DNA from: a virus
IMG/VR virus record: IMGVR_UViG_3300005573_000022
Location: 1 to 41,054 of that record
Length of the DNA stretch: 41,054 nt
Direction: 5' to 3' (one strand)
The notes below the pieces were generated by a model. That model was not told the DNA's origin. It ran no database searches and worked only from the letters and a program-made list of their open reading frames with translations. The position numbers and the translations under genes are program-made. This document shows, piece after piece, positions 40,154 through 41,054 of the stretch (positions within the stretch are counted from its first letter, which is position 1; every line of letters begins with the position of its first letter).

Positions 40154-41054
40154 TTAAAAGAAGGTATATACTCTGACTTCACCTCTTGCTCCAGAACCTC
40201 CATTTCCGCCTCCACCACCTCCTGGTGGATTACCACTGCTTGTCGCTCCTCCTCCACTTCCTCCGCAAACGCTTGCACCACCACTACCATTACCTCCGCC
40301 GCCTCCACCTCCACCAAAAACAGAACTTCCACCACTACCATTACCTGACCCTCCACCGCCTCCACCCCAAGCAGAAGCACCTCCATTTGCTCCTGTGCTA
40401 TCTCCTCCACCTCCACCGCCAAAACCACTATTAGAAGTTCTTGCGCTACTTCCTCCTGGACCACCACCTGAACCTCCAGTAGAAGAGCTACCAGTTCCTC
40501 CTGTTCCCCCTATTCCACCTCCACCTCCGCCTCCACTGGGACGAGCTAAACTACTTCCCCCTCCTCCCCCATAAGCATAAACATAACTTCCAAAACTTGA
40601 AGCTCCTCCTGCTCCTCCATAAGAGGCATTAGGTGAATTAGCAGGACCTCCAGCACCTACAGTTATTGCTACAGAAGAAGGTAAATTACTAGCTATAAAT
40701 AATGACCTATTATATGCGCCACCACCTCCGCCGCCTCCATCTCCACCGTAATTTGTTCCAGCACCTCCACCTCCACCCCATAACTCAACTATAACAAATT
40801 TTGCTCCAGAAGGTTTATTCCAAGTTCCAGAGGAAGTAAAAATTTGAATATCAGTTGAAGGAATAGTAGGTGCTAAACTACTCTTTTTTGCTTTTTTCTT
40901 TGCATAATTTGCCTCGCTATCTTCTATCAAAACTATATCATTATCAGAAAGAGTAGTTTTTTCAGTTAAAGCATTGATTTCGCCTGCGGTAGTTTTAGAG
41001 AGTTTAGTATTATCTTGAGTATCTACATATGCTTTCCTTACTGCCTGATTATCA
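40154..41054 (-). CDS. Glycine-rich tail fibre, C-terminal part (open to the window end; 40934-41054 duplicates 1-121)
   Basis: The frame is open from 41054 to the stop at 40154. 'FVIVELWGGGGGAGTNYGGDGGGGGGGAY' is followed by several poly-Gly blocks interrupted by short beta-like segments. Confidence 0.75.
   Translation of the reverse strand, partial: DNQAVRKAYVDTQDNTKLSKTTAGEINALTEKTTLSDNDIVLIEDSEANYAKKKAKKSSLAPTIPSTDIQIFTSSGTWNKPSGAKFVIVELWGGGGGAGTNYGGDGGGGGGGAYNRSLFIASNLPSSVAITVGAGGPANSPNASYGGAGGASSFGSYVYAYGGGGGSSLARPSGGGGGGGIGGTGGTGSSSTGGSGGGPGGSSARTSNSGFGGGGGGDSTGANGGASAWGGGGGGSGNGSGGSSVFGGGGGGGGNGSGGASVCGGSGGGATSSGNPPGGGGGGNGGSGARGEVRVYTFF
40934..41054. repeat. Second copy of the 121-bp terminal overlap (identical to 1-121)
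   Basis: Same comparison. Base 40933 is the last unique base. Confidence 0.95.

Noticed and set aside
40150-40467. Antisense or alternative-frame ORFs across the glycine-rich fibre region (40150-40467 minus strand, 105 aa; 40186-40434 plus strand, 82 aa)
   Set aside because: Their products are low-complexity (VVEVEE..., HHLH...) and arise automatically from the GGN-repeat DNA. The Gly-rich frame is continuous with the fibre N-terminus and has a proper start and SD.

Overview
The window is a complete, circularly closed dsDNA phage genome. Bases 1-121 are identical to 40934-41054, so the unique length is 40933 bp, and the overlap lies inside a tail-fibre gene. The sequence looks AT-rich by eye, is densely coding, and uses strong AGGAGG-type ribosome-binding sites and many ATGA/TAATG start-stop overlaps. 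There are two transcription blocks. (1) A plus-strand early/middle block (about 20.8-33.7 kb) is driven by sigma-70-like promoters with a conserved TGTGGTATAAT box. It encodes a RadC-like JAB protein, a full 7-deazaguanine (preQ0) DNA-modification operon (queD, queE, a Gpt-like phosphoribosyltransferase, an HTH protein, folE, dpdA, queC, a Myb-like protein), YqaJ-type exonuclease plus RecT, a replisome-organiser-like protein, a DPPW amino-methyltransferase and many small ORFs. (2) A minus-strand virion block runs from about 20.5 kb down through position 1, across the junction, to 33.7 kb. In order it has: a zinc-finger protein (possible small terminase); a large terminase split into ATPase and nuclease ORFs; very basic micro-proteins with a HAD-like phosphatase; portal; scaffold; HK97-like major capsid protein; many small virion ORFs; putative tail/adaptor proteins; two fibres sharing an N-terminal anchor; membrane-active glycine-zipper (ejection-type) proteins; and a terminal ATP-grasp ligase. 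I could not recognise a tape measure, sheath, tail tube, DNA polymerase, RNA polymerase, integrase, tRNA or CRISPR, so the phage looks podovirus-like and probably lytic. Leads most worth follow-up: the Gpt-like PRTase inside the preQ0/DpdA operon; the ATP-grasp ligase translationally chained to a 35-aa acidic-tailed micro-protein; the 610-aa virion protein with acyltransferase-like and C39-peptidase-like modules; the split terminase; the basic micro-protein array; and a branched GC-rich RNA element with a U-tract in the early leader. All functional calls rest on by-eye motif recognition and gene order. No database search was run.
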